Numbered from the stretch's first letter, positions 34,700 through 47,700 are shown. The stretch is 64,000 bases of DNA from Botryllus schlosseri (GCA_051294905.1 CM119371.1:26786001-26850000), one strand, 5' to 3'. The notes: a model not told the origin generated them from the letters alone. Numbers and translations are program-made.

Positions 34700-37355
34700 A
34701 ATTACTACTTCCACTTTTAATTGAGTAGAAATATAAGGCGTTACGTGTACTACTTGAGTAGCAACGCCGATCACTTCGACCAACTCAGGTTCATAGTACA
34801 AAATTAGGGCAAATCAGAAACCACCAAAAATGTAAAGCTACTTTTATTTATAACTGGCGTTTGATCATGCAAAACGCAAACAAAAAGTCTCGAAACCATT
34901 TTAAAATAACACTAGAAATTAACCAATACTCGTCTCTGGCTCTGTTCCAGTATAAAAAATATGGTATTTGGTGTGAGCCACAGAATGTCCTATGTCGACA
35001 TGGGTAGAGTATCCTAGTACCGATGTATATTTATTTCTGTTGGGAAGTAACACGCACTTCAGGCTTCGTGTTGAGCTGTTATAGTAAGTAGTCTCTATTT
35101 ATAAGGTTGTATATAATAGACAGTGCAAAGTAAGCCCTTTATCTCGTAACCATAAACCAAAAGAAAAACAGTTCAGAAACAGCTTTCCTCAATTCCGATA
35201 AAATGTGACAGTATATGGAAACTGGAGAAGAAGAATTACCATAATAAGTACAGACAGAGATTAATGATGATGAATCATTTCAAGTTAGCATGATAAGTAC
35301 TTTTTTATTTGGAAAACCAGACATTCTGTGTCATTTAATGTTTCACATATTTGAGCCATGCGCCGTAGTGAACAATTTTCTTCTGCACAATATTCCGACA
35401 ATATAATGTTTATTGTTCGCAAACATTTCTGTTTTACGAAAGAGAAGTGTGTTGCAGAGTTGGATCAATTACAATGTTTTGATTCAATTACAATTACAAT
35501 TACTTCCTTGCATGTTTCAATTACATTACAATTACAATTACTCAATGCTAAAAATATCAAATTACAATCGCAATTACAATTACTGTTAAATATGTAATTA
35601 ATTACAATTATAATTACAATTACAATTACTTTTAAACAGGTGATTGATTCAGCAAAGAGGTGTTCTTTGACAACCATAGCGACGTCATTAGCAACAATCT
35701 CAGGCTATTCATGTTTCATTCCTGATATGTAGAATACCCGTTAATTAAAAAAAAACTCGAACGTATTCGAACTATTCCTAATCATGAGTACTGAAAACTA
35801 CAAGCAAATAAAATGTTTCAACCGACTATTGAGAACCAAAGGTTTGAGCGACTAACAGCGAATAGGCTACAGGACAGTCAATGAAATGTAACCAAACGAG
35901 TAGGCTACTCAGAGCTGAGTCAGGATAATGAAATGTAATTGGTAACGTGTCAGCGATAAGGATGATACCGATAAGGTGTGCAAAATTAAAATAAATGCAA
36001 AAGGAAAGAACCTCCTGATAGCTACGAATTACAATATTTTGGTTCGCATTTACATTTTCACTTGCTCGGAAACTGTTAGATTGCATTTGATGAACATAAG
36101 GGTGCGAAAAGTTTCTGGCCAAGATTGGAGGTAAGATTGGGATAACATCTCTACAAATGCATGGTCAAGTTTGATGAAGCCTTGGTTGGAAACTTGAATT
36201 TTTTTTGCTATTGTTGCAACAAGCCTCGGCACTGGTCAGAGATTAAAAAAAACTTTGACCGTGGTGTAGGAAATGGTTCAGCCCAGGTTTCAAAAGAATT
36301 TATTTGCTGTTCATCCATTTTTGAAATATTAGGATTTCGTTTAGCCCACTTGTTCTCTAACTTTTTTAAACACGCCCCCCTTTATGACAGTGAATATTTC
36401 GTGCCCCCCTTATCGTCGTAGCACACAATGAAACCAGAAAGTTAGAAATCCTTACATATAGTTTGATGGTATGGAAGGTCATGACTGTTGATGAGAGAAT
36501 TCTCCAATACGAAATTCAGACTATACACCGAGCAATAACCATAAAACGAAGGTGAATGGAGCCAAGCGCCAGCGCGGAAAAGATTTCAGTTCACTGGAGC
36601 GTCGCGCCCCGTTCAGATGCTTTCACGCCTCAAAAGGGGGCACGCCCCCAGTTTGAGAACCACTAGTTTAGCCTATATTGTAATTCACAAAGTTTTCTGT
36701 TGCTACTGAAGTATGGGAAACAGTTTAGCGTGACTGAATTATCTAGTCACAACGCCGCACGCATACAACACCGATGTAAATAGGCTAATTATTACATGTC
36801 GTGACTGTTTATAGGTCTTAAGGCCCCTCGTCGTCATCCTGGTTCGTACCGGATTTTCACTGGTGCGACGAATAAATGATTGATTGAATTATTATTTTAT
36901 GTTGTGATTCTCAGGTTACCATGAAAATGTAATTGAGATAGTGATTGAGCAAAATTTTGATCAAATTACAATTACAATTACAATTACACAAAACAGAAAT
37001 GCTTCAATTACAATTACAATTACAATTACATGAACAAATGTAATTAATTACATTCAGCTCAATTACAAATTACAATTGATCCAACTCTGGTGTGTTGTCA
37101 CAAAATGCATTGATCGATTAAGTCTGCAGGACAGATATATAAAGACAGATAACGTATAGCGAGCTACTAGTCACAATCTTTAAACGAAGAGAGGTAAATA
37201 ACGATAAAAACTGCTACCGTCTAAAAATGGTTATGTCAACTTATAATTTTATGGGTCGAAAAGGGGTCCAGATTGAAAGAAAATGGAGAACCACTTGATT
37301 CAAGTTTACCGAAAACTCAGTAGTTCTGTTGTAGAACAACACAGGTTTCATCATT
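34700..37355. repeat. Dispersed ~1.1-kb repeat split by the 35455-37089 insertion; inverted copy at about 44530-45590
   Basis: For example TTGAGTAGCAACGCCGATCACTTCGACCAACTC (near 34755) is the reverse complement of GAGTTGGTCGAAGTGATCAGCGTTGCTACTCA (near 45480); the match is collinear on both sides of the insertion. Confidence 0.75.
35455..37089. mobile_element. Non-autonomous hAT element with (CAATTA)n subterminal arrays
   Basis: TIR CAGAGTTGGATCAATT; exact 8-bp TSD GTGTGTTG. Confidence 0.92.
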
Positions 37356-37599
37356 ATAGATGATTTCAATAACAATATAGTTGATCGGTTTCTGTTGTAC
37401 GCTCAGCGTAATGTCACTAACTAAATAATTTATGAAAATGAAAATAATACAAACCAAAAAAAAAACTGACGTGATGGAGAAATCCTGAGCACCGAATCGG
37501 ATTCAGCAACATGACATTAGCCAAAACCAATCATCAAACATGTTGGCGCATTTTTTTTTCTCCAAATTTGTAGACCAGTGTAATGAGACAACAAAAACT

Positions 37600-37689
37600 T
37601 GCTCCAGGCGAGGCTCGAACTCGCAACCTCCGCATGACCCCGTATCTGTCTTATAAGTACGGCGCGCTAACCGATTGCGCCACTGGAGC
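37600..37689 (-). tRNA. tRNA-Ile(TAT) with 16-nt intron
   Basis: Mature sequence matches the 30752 copy; intron AGACAGATACGGGGTC; TTTTT terminator. Confidence 0.94.
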
Positions 37690-37833
37690 GACGATTGCCG
37701 CAGGTATTTCTTATAGTCATTTTCTATCCGGGAGTGTGCAGATGAAACCACACTTTGGTAAGAATTACACAACAAAGATGACTATCTAATTGTTATGGGG
37801 CGGAAACAGCGCGATAGTCTCAGTAGTCACCGC

Positions 37834-38812
37834 GATTACCAGAGAACCCGGCACTTGAAGAACCCGTCCCTACCAACTCGGCCCTCGGAGAACCCGGCCC
37901 TTGGAGAACCCGGCCCTCGGGACATTTTGTATATCAAGCACGCGTGGTCTACTTGTTGTGGTATTCACGGTGTTTTTCGACTACTCTGGACCTCGGTGAA
38001 TGCGGCCCTCGAACAATTTTGAATTAAAAATGCATTAAATGTGTACCCGGCCCTCGGGAAATTTTGTATTCACCGGCAATCCTAATATCCCACCTCCGGC
38101 AACCCTAATATCCTAACCCTACCCCTAATATCCCACCTCCGGCAACCCTAATATCCCACCCCGACAACCCTAATATCCCACCCCGACAACCCTAACCCTA
38201 ATATCCCACCTCCGACAACCCTAACCTTACCCCTAATATCCTAACCCTAACCCTAATATCCCACCCCCGGCAACCCTAATATCCTAACCCTAACCCTAAT
38301 ATCCCCCCTCCCCCAACCCTAGTATCCTACCTGAACCCAATATTCCACTCCCCGAACCCTAATGTCTCCCTACCCCACCTCAACCTACAGTTGCATTGCC
38401 CTTAACAGCCTGCTCTGACCAACTTCACACAATCAATTGAATCAGGTAAATGTCACATCTAATATAATGGAATAAAAACGACAAAATCACATCTAATATA
38501 AATAAAAACGACAAAATCACGCGTGGTCGATATGTGAAAGTCGCGTTCTTTCCCGCGCTTGGCGCTTGCGCAATCCGTGATCTGATCACGCCGTGACTGC
38601 GTGACCTACGCATGCCCTGACCTCCTTACAAGACTGACAAATCAGTTGATAATAACATTATTACTTTATTAATTCATAATAATACTTGTGAATACACTTA
38701 ATTTCAAAATTTCCCGAGGAATTCACCGAGGGCCGGGTTCTCCAAGGGCCGGGTTCTCCGAGGGCCGAGTTGGTAGGGACGGGTTCTCCAAGTGCCGGGT
38801 TCTCCGGCAACC
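37834..38812. mobile_element. Non-autonomous TIR element with ~85-bp modular TIRs and an internal CCCTAA-rich array
   Basis: TIRs built of GAGAACCCGGCCC units; exact 8-bp TSD GTCACCGC at 37826-37833 and 38813-38820. Confidence 0.9.
38075..38385. repeat. Telomere-like minisatellite
   Basis: Units of AACCCTAATATCCCACCCCCGGC mixed with CCTAACCCTAACCCTAA. Confidence 0.9.
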
Positions 38813-39335
38813 GTCACCGCTACAGAACTAAATACATTTTAAAGTCAGAAGTTATGTTCTAAATTTCTACCTGTCGAAACCTAGTCCCTTTTAAATGCCA
38901 ATTCCGTCTCAATAATTACTGCAGTGGTTGTCAATCGGTGTCCCACGGAACACTAGGGGTTGCCTGGATGCCAGGACACAGACTACGTTCAACTCATACA
39001 TATGATTTGTGATGATACGGATGTCTGGGCCGGTGTTGATGGTTGCAGATATCTTAGCACGATCAGTAGTCGAATTATGACTGTTGTGATTGTACGTCGG
39101 GTACAATGTCGTACGCATGGGATGGTACGATGCGATTTACCAAGGTGAAGCCTCACATTTCTGAACGCGTATCTGAAAGGGGACAGCGGTGGATTAGCGT
39201 AAGCGTGACGCGGGGTAGTAAAGGTTATGAACCACGGGCTAAACATATGTAAAAATAAATGCGTGACCCAATATGGAGTCCCAATCCATGTAAATCATGG
39301 TCCACTCGCCAATACAGTTACAAAACCGTGCTAAA

Positions 39336-39417
39336 CGTTGTCGGCAGGACTCGAACCTGCGCGGGCAGAGCCCAACAGATTTCTAGTCTGTCGCCTTAAC
39401 CACTCGGCCACGACAAC
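39336..39417 (-). tRNA. tRNA-Ser(AGA)
   Basis: Matches the 33783 copy except in the variable-arm loop (TCT vs TAT). Confidence 0.96.
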
Positions 39418-39419
39418 TG

Positions 39420-39492
39420 AGCCACCAGTGAGAATTGAACTCTCGACCTCTGGTGTACGAGACCAGTGCTCTTACCACTGAGCTATGGTGGC
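39420..39492 (-). tRNA. tRNA-Thr(CGT), variant copy
   Basis: Perfect acceptor stem GCCACCA/TGGTGGC; anticodon loop CTCGTAC; one T-stem mismatch; 2 nt upstream of Ser. Confidence 0.8.
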
Positions 39493-40899
39493 CGTCGTAT
39501 TTGTGGCAACGGCACATAACCACTTTTGAAAGCAGTGAAGGTAGGCACAATCTACTCGTGGAATCCTAAAAATTGGTACTTCGTTATTTAACAGCTTCGC
39601 TCACTCTATTTACTACATTATATCGTGGCCAGTAAGTGTTTTCCACGTATCTCCTTAGTCGTTTAGGTAGTAAAGCCACTGCCTTGATGGAATAATATAC
39701 GTCTTTCACAAATCTCACATATATCTGATGAAGGAGCAGCGCTCCGACAGTCTGTGTAATTAATAACATTATTACTTCACAGATGAAGAAAAATTATTGA
39801 TTCGTTTAACCATAATAAAAATAATATCGGCGTATGAAACAATAACATGAAAATTACCAGTGTAGGACAGGGTGTGATCGATGTAACTCTGGGTAGGGTC
39901 AACTAGTCTGGCAAATTAGGGGCGAAAGCACCAAGATCCCAATGTCTATATTATTGGTTATAGCCTATGTCACCTCTCAGACGTCAGAAGATCGATTTCG
40001 CAGGGATACGCGTATTAAAGTCGAGATACTGCGTGCTTGATTAGGCAAGAATGCTTCGCGTTATACCCCAATTATTATCCGGATTAATCGATCCATTCAT
40101 TCGGCCATATGCTCAATAAATACGCGATCGATTCTCGAATCCTAACGCAAGTCTGACTGCCAGGCTGTTATCTAATTCTCTGCAGCTGGAAGTCTTATAG
40201 GTCAGTGAGCACTGAGCTTACACAGTTACGCGTCAGCAGTGTGAAAGGTTGATGTGTGAATTCAGTCTCGATGAAACTTTCTATAATGGTGTTCTACAGT
40301 CGGCTATGTTCCATAAATCTCTGCGATTGATCTTGTCTTGTTATCGATAAAAATATACCTGTGCCAGTGTTTTAGGAAGGACGAATGAGCTATATATTGC
40401 AAGATATTCAGTGTGCCCAAGACGTCAACAACCATTTCCACGTTTTATAGATATTTTAACCAGCTCAGGACACCTCAAGATTACAATAAAACGAAAAGAT
40501 AAGAAGGAGTTGAAAGACTCGTATTAGTCTTTCAATCAGGCACCTTGTCCCGGAACTTGCATATAAGAGGTATGTAGTCTGCACTGAAACGAAAATAACA
40601 GATGGTAACATAAAAGGAAAAGCGATAGGAATGATGTGTGACAGATGTCAAGGCGACGTCGATGTCAGATGGGTGTCCGTTAGTATGGAGCACTAATTAG
40701 TATTTATTCATATAATCTGCTGGTACTTTGACTTGAATGTTGACATGCTCGTCGACTGCCGGATGTGCTACGATCGTGGTCTATCATATTTTGTAGATAA
40801 TAGGCTAATAAGATCTTGGTTGCTTTCACACCATATTTAACGTCCACTTGCAAAGTAATAATTATATTTATGTAGAGAGAGAGAGAGACGATATTTTTT

Positions 40900-41105
40900 T
40901 TGCCTGCACCACCAAGATGCTTGGACCACGGAGATGCGATACAGCCTCTATAGTAAGTTCATATAGTCTTCACCCCTATTTTTCTCCTCCATGCTACCCG
41001 TGATTGCTGTGTGTCTAGCAAGATAGCCGCAGATATCAGTTTCGAGTTTTTGGTCTGAACCGGCCGGGGATCGAACCCACGACCTAGCGACCAAGAAGCC
41101 GGAGT
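40900..41105 (-). mobile_element. SINE fragment, second family
   Basis: B-box GGTTCGATCCC followed by GGTTCAGACCAAAAACTCGAAACTGATATCTGCGGCTATCTTGCTAGACAC, resembling central domains of widespread animal SINEs. Confidence 0.55.
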
Positions 41106-41720
41106 TTTTTCGTTTTTTTTTGTAGAGTTTTGCCTTTTCACGTAATTCGTGCTGAGGATGACTGTATTTGTATATAGGCCTACCTACATATTTTGCTCTT
41201 TTATATCGCGCTTGTGCAAACGCAATTCGCGCATTTATATTCACCGTGAGCATAAAGAAGGAGCGGTAAAATAAGAACTGTTTAGTGTTTACTTCAAACC
41301 TGGAATTCTCGGTGCCTACATTTAACTAATTATGCAACAAGCGACTCTTGTTCGTTAAAGACTAATTTTCTTCATGGTGGTACCCAACACTAATGCGACT
41401 CCGGATTATTTTTTATTGTGCCACAACCGATCCGATAATGTCCCATACCAAGTAATCTATACAAACAATAGCTAATATAATAATGGCTCGTTTATATTCG
41501 CACTGACTTGGAAATGGCGACTGGCTGGCAGCTAGTTTGTAGCTACAACAGTCATGTTCATTAGCGTCACTACGCCGGCATGATACGGCCCCAGTCGCAC
41601 CAACAAAGTACGAATCCGGCTTTATCGACAAATACATCAGTCCTGATCCGGTATTAGTCTCCGTTAGACTAACATCTTCAACCTGTAATTTACAGTGTCA
41701 TTTTACAGTAATTTATCACG

Positions 41721-41835
41721 ATGTGTGTTTGTGTGAGGTGCAGAATCCAGAAAGTACGTGATGCACGTACTGCATATAGTCGACAATATTGGAAGGGGAT
41801 AAGTCAACCCAGATTACCGTCAGATCTCAACATGG
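41721..41835 (+). CDS. Unknown membrane-protein gene, copy 1, exon A (MCVCVRCRIQKVRDAR...DLNM)
   Basis: ATG, 38 codons plus G, then GTGAG donor; same length and similar peptide as 57937-58051. Confidence 0.62.
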
Positions 41836-42361
41836 GTGAGTTTTAGATCACGTAATAAGGATCCTGACTGAGCACGTCCGGTAAGCGCATTGCTCTGTCC
41901 AGACTGGGTTGATTACTTCATCGATGTAGGCTAATCGATAGCGATTACGGTTACTTCAGAATGATTTAACTCACGAGTAACGGCAGAGAACAGTTCGGTT
42001 ATGATTTATATCAGTAGCCGCTGATTTCTAATGCTTCGATGGGGAAATCGTCATGTGGTATTTGACGAATACATGATTTCAATCTATACAAAATACCAAT
42101 AACCTGATATATAACATCGCACGGTGCAATGCTCACGAATGTTAAGTTTGTGACATAGTCCTTGTACAGGTATAGCATGTTTATAGCTACTTGAATATAG
42201 TTATGTCCTGCCAATAATAATAGCCTGTTCTCTTTGACTCATGTGGGAATAATTCTGAGCATTATTCCAGTGATTACTGAATTATGTCGTTGTTTGTCTC
42301 CACGGAATATGCATTATCAATGAAACCACTGGGTGATTACATCAGTGCCACAAATATTTAG

Positions 42362-42436
42362 ATTACTTCAAAGACGGTGAATCGACCAGGACGCCCCATC
42401 GACCATACAGTACCTCCGGAAGATTCAGTCCATCGT
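42362..42436 (+). CDS. Copy 1 exon B1 (75 nt, phase 1-1)
   Basis: TTTAG acceptor, GTGAGT donor; open frame YFKDGESTRTPHRPYSTSGRFSPS. Confidence 0.62.
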
Positions 42437-43139
42437 GTGAGTATAGATTACTCTAGTTATGAATTTCATATTTAAGCATGTAGCCTATATTACCGTTATG
42501 ACGAATTACGACTTAATAACTTAATATTCGTTTGATGTTGTATTGATACGAGTAATGACAGTTCTAATCGGTATATCACTATATTCGGATGAGAATATCG
42601 ATACCGATATGGAGATACAATTGATATTATCTTACAAATATGCAGATGTGGCCTAATAGTCGGCGTTACAACTCAAGTAGAATTAGAAGTGCTTCCGTAA
42701 TTCTAATTACGAGTAAAAGCAGCACTTTCCAAGTCCTGGCAAAACCTGGTAAATTGAATTTATAAAATTAAAGTTCTCAATACTACTCGAGTAGGTAATT
42801 TTAAAAAGTGTATTTGATTGATGCGGTCGCATACATTTAGCAGTTACTCAAAAGTGGCGTCTTTCGAAGTTGGTTGCAGGATGTATGTTTTTGACTGAAG
42901 CAGAATTACTAGTGACACGTCAGTCGCATTCTTTAAAAATATTCTCTGAGCGTACGAAAAGGGGCATTTCACGAGATTTTAACAATCATTCACCTCATGA
43001 AAGTAATAAAAACTTACACCAAAACTACCTTTTATCTTAACAAATCGGGAAATTGTGAAAAAAAGAAGGGCGAAAGCAGTCCAAAGACTGAAACTCTTTG
43101 AGTAAGTATAATTGAATCATGAAAAACCTACATAAGCTA

Positions 43140-43348
43140 TAGTGGCAAGATGTCGTAGTGGTGTGATCAATAGTTGCTACAGCAATGGGTTACGGGTTCG
43201 AGTCCGACCGAGGTTGACTCAAGAATCGGTTTATAAATGCTGATCATAGCGATCTGATCGGCGTAAGTGACATGTCACAAAAGCCTAGGAGGGACCTTGC
43301 GACAAGCCGATAGTTACGGAAGCATAATAAAAAATATCGGCGAGTAAC
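43140..43348 (+). mobile_element. tRNA-headed SINE, degenerate
   Basis: GGTTCGAGTCCGACCGAGGTTGACTC and body shared with 47427-47700. Confidence 0.65.
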
Positions 43349-45744
43349 CTCTAGTCTATGATAATGTATTTGATATCAGTCTTTCCTAACCGGGGATCGC
43401 TGAACGTGAGGATACAGACTCGACTTGTACATATGATTTGTAACCATGCACGTCCCTCTTAGCCATTATTGGTTGCACGCAATTCGGTATGATCAGTATT
43501 TAAATTGTGGCTATTATTGATGATACGTCGTGTGCAGTGCCGATTTTATTTCATTTGTAATCAAGAAATTGGTGCCACGTATGCGTTTCTACAGTACGAA
43601 AAGAGGGTCTCTGTAAGGTAACAGCATACATGATGCTGAATTTCTAAAAGTATTCACTACACTGTTTTTATTTGTTGGGACTATAATGTTTCTAGTGGTC
43701 GGACCTCATTACCTTCAACAAATGATGGCCAGGACGAGCGTATCTTCAAAAATCATATGTATGAGCTCAGTGCGTGACTTGACCTCCAGTTGCGCCTGAG
43801 ATTCGCTCGCGGAATCCTAGTGTTCCATCAGTGTCCTATATGGTGTGGACACAAGCAAATCTCACGGCTCAGTGAAATTGGTCTACGTCACACTTTCCAT
43901 TTGTTCAAATGCAACTTGACGTTAATTTTAGACCGGCTTGTCGAGCATTAAATTTGATAAAACGGGTATCAATCGAGAGCCACCGCGGTACTGATTGCAA
44001 AAAGACAAATTTTGTTCTGCTCGTGCTCCTAGAACCCCCAAAAATTAGCCTCGCATGTTGCATTGTAACTGAGTTTGGTATTGTGACGCAATGATGCCGT
44101 CTGGGAGCAGGTGAGTGACAGCGCAAACCGCTAGAGCTAGAGTAATGGCCATTGTTGCGCAACCGATTTAGCATCCGCACTGTCACTTTAGTGCGCGCTT
44201 GCTCCTGAGCTGCTCAGATGGACTGGTTGAGTCACAATACCACATAACTCGCTTTGTGTTCACAATAGAGAAAACTTTCTTCTTAGGACAGATAGAACCA
44301 TGATGTTTCCGCTGCTTTTGAGCTATATATCATGACTATACGACCAGCGGTTCCCGAGATGGTCCATTCACCCCCCCCCCCCCCCCGCAGAAATGATGGG
44401 CTTACCGGCTGGAAAATGTGGTTACTCCAGTTCATTTCTATTGAAGTTTTACATCATTTGTCGGGATTTAAGAACCCCCTTTTTTCGATATAAAAAAAAG
44501 TCATTTTCACTCCACCCTAAATAAACTGATGAAACCTGGGTTGTTGTAGAGCAGAACAACTCGGTTTTCGGTGAACTTAAATGCAGTAGTTTGATATCTT
44601 ATTTCGATCAGGACCTCTTTTCGACCCATGAATTTTTATGTGGATGCAACTATTTGTATTCGGTAGCAGTCATTATCTTTATATACCACTCTTCGTTTAA
44701 AGATTGTGATTAGTAACTCTGTACCTAATTCAGTTCCCTAAATTAGCTATTTATATATCTGTCCTCCAGACTTAAATGGTCAATGCATTTTCTGACAGCA
44801 CATTGCTCTTTCGTAAAACGTGAAAGTTTGAAAACCATAAGCATTGCATTTTTTGGTATATTAAGTAAAACAGAATTGTTCACTCAGGTACATGACCGAA
44901 ATATGAGGCCCGTTAAGCTTGTTTTGAAACAATAATATAAACAGGATGTCTGCATTTACAACGGAAAAAGTGCTTATCATGACAAATGGAAAGAATTTAT
45001 CATCATTACTCTTCGCCTGTACTTATGCTAATTCGTTTTCCCCGGTTTCCATATACCGTCACATTTTATCGGAATCGAGGAAAGCTGTTTTTTAATTGTT
45101 TTTCTTTTGGTTAATTGCCATGATATAAAAGGCTTATTTTACATTGTCTATTCTACACAACCAGATGAAGGGAGACCGCTTACTAACAGATCAACACGAA
45201 ACCCGAAGTGCGTGTTAGTTCACAATAGAAATAAATATTCATCGGTTCTAGGACTGTCGATCCGTCTTGACATAGGACATTCTGTGGCATACACCAAATA
45301 CCATGTGTTCTATGCTGAAGCAGTGCCGGAGATGAGCATTGGTTAATTTCCAGTGATGCTTTTAAATGGTTTCGATCCTTTTTGTTAGTGTTTTGTAAGA
45401 TTAAACGCCTGTTCTAAAAACTAAACGATTCAAATTTTTGGCGGTTCCTGATTTACCGTAACATTTTACTATGAACTAGAGTTGGTCGAAGTGATCAGCG
45501 TTGCTACTCAGGTCGCACAAGCAACACCTTACATTGCTACTCAATTACAAGTAGAATTACGAATTTCTACGACATGTGAAAACTATTTCAAGTAATGCAA
45601 TACATTACACATTTACAAATCGATATGATACAATTCGAGCCTGCGCCAATGGTTGAGGACAAAGAAACAACATTCAAATTCAGTTTCAATAAAACAAGAG
45701 GTTTAGTTAAGGAAAAATCGGAGAACAGAAATTACTTCACTATA

Positions 45745-46090
45745 CTAGTTTACGACAACGTAAGCTGTAAGCTTCGATCACTTCATTTGCGGTCAATTTA
45801 TTTGTGAGAGAACAATGGAGGCTCAGTAAAACGCACGATCATTAAATGATTGGTCGCTCTCACGGGTTACACCAGCGTTTCACGAACAATCCGAGCATAT
45901 GCAAGATACAGTGATCTTGATCGATACCGATCACTTGATGACTTGAAATTGACTCGTGAATTTTGCTCCGAGTCACGAGTCAATCCACATTTCTGATAGG
46001 GCGAGTCAAGTCAAGTGAAGTCATCTTAGCAAAGTGACTCGAGTCAAGTCAAGTCATACGAAAAAGGTGACTCGAGTCATCCCAACACTG
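45745..46090. mobile_element. One end of the GACTCGAGTC-rich hAT family
   Basis: Matches 54115-54472; ends GTCATCCCAACACTG. Confidence 0.8.
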
Positions 46091-46448
46091 TTTTCTACTT
46101 TACAATAACCGAATTGCAAACGTAATTAGTTCATATAGAATACTGTTCATGTAGATATTTAAGTAGTTGTAAAACATTACCAGCTCAGTAACTACTGCTA
46201 GTAATCAAAATCTACTTGAGTACCTCGAAAAAGAAGAATAATTCAACATATATAATATCTCAAAAACGTGATGTGATAGAGCGAAAATAACGTCAGATTC
46301 GTATTGAGCGCCCCCAAATTAGGCATGAATGACCCAAAGAGGTCATGGCGCAAAAATACTGTAGACCGGTGTTATCAATGACACCACACTGTGCGCAATG
46401 CTCACATCGACTCCTGGTGGCCGATTTCATCAATTTCACGACTTTTAG

Positions 46449-46523
46449 ATTGCTGGAAAGATGCTGAGTCGACGGAGAAGCCTGCTCGATCACCTAATGG
46501 ATCCAAAAGATCTTCCCCATCGT
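46449..46523 (+). CDS. Copy 1 exon B2 (75 nt, phase 1-1; duplicate of B1)
   Basis: TTTTAG acceptor, GTGAGT donor; CWKDAESTEKPARSPNGSKRSSPS. Confidence 0.58.
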
Positions 46524-47426
46524 GTGAGTATAAGAAAATCCACATTTTGGCATGTAAATTGTCGTTATGGGGAATTACGAGTTTCAGGTCGTGGCAACTG
46601 AACATTCGCCTGATGTTGAGTTGATATGAGTATTAAAAGCTCTAAGCGCTTCTTCAAGTAGACGGGTGGGAATATCGATACCGATACAGGGACCAAGAGA
46701 ATAAATTGAGCTGTCCTTTCCGTAACAAATATGCAGATGTGGTCAAAGTAGTCAGCTTTGCGACTTATGTAAAACCTCTTCAATAAAAATTAGAAACATA
46801 GGATCTTCAATGCAACCGAAATAGGTAGTTTCAACGAGTAGGCCTATGTTTGTTACATTTAGCAGTTATTCGAAGGTGGCAACTTTCGATGTTGTTCATA
46901 TGATATATATTCGCGACTAACGCAAATGACTATAGTGACACTACGCGCAGATGGAATCATATAAAATATATTCATTCAACTTGAGAGATGGGGCTATTTC
47001 ACGGGATATTCGTGATAGCTTACCTCATATAATTGGTGGAGACTCGCAAAAAGGACTTTCTACCTGTCAAAATTGTAAAAAACATTATAGAATATGACTA
47101 AAAACTTTTCAATCAGAAGAGGAAGTATTCCCAAAACAGAAACACTGGTGTAAATAATCGAATCAGGTACTAACTAGCCTACTTGAATACACTGAAATAA
47201 TATGAATAGTTTCTTTCCAAGGACTTCTGCATTGATGAGATGATATGTTATATCAGTGGTTCTAAACCATGGTTCCCTGAGCAAGTCCCAGGGGCTCCCT
47301 GGGGGTCAATGCACACATTAAACTTACACATATCATTTGTGACGAGACACTCGTCCTGAACACCATTGGTTGCAGGCAATGCGGGATCGGTAGTTAAGTC
47401 GCGATTATTGCGCGGTTACTTCACGT

Positions 47427-47700
47427 GCAGTGGCGTACTTGGTATTGGACAGGGTGAGGCTGCACCACCAATGGATTGCGGGTTCGAGTTTGACCGAGGT
47501 CGACTCCAGAATTCCTACCTAAGTGTTAGAGGTTTATCTGGAGCTAGGCTTCTCCTCGCCATGTCATCCGTGCAAGTGGTGTCTTATAAAAGCTTGGAAG
47601 TGGGACTTGCTACAAGTCGGCAGCTACGAAATAAAAAGGAAGAATATAGGCCTGGTGTAAATGACCATAGTAGTCGATTAACACCACGAACAAACAAAAC
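47427..47700 (+). mobile_element. Near full-length tRNA-headed SINE
   Basis: TGGCG..TTGG A-box, GGTTCGAGT B-box, 3' tail GGTGTAAATGACCATAGTAGTCGA..ACAAACAAAAC. Confidence 0.75.

Noticed and set aside
35358..35677. Low-complexity ORFs (LQLQL, VIVIV)
   Set aside because: Translations of the (CAATTA)n transposon subterminal repeat.
38075..38385. True telomere or chromosome-fusion scar
   Set aside because: The array is short, degenerate, in one orientation, and enclosed by TIRs and a TSD.
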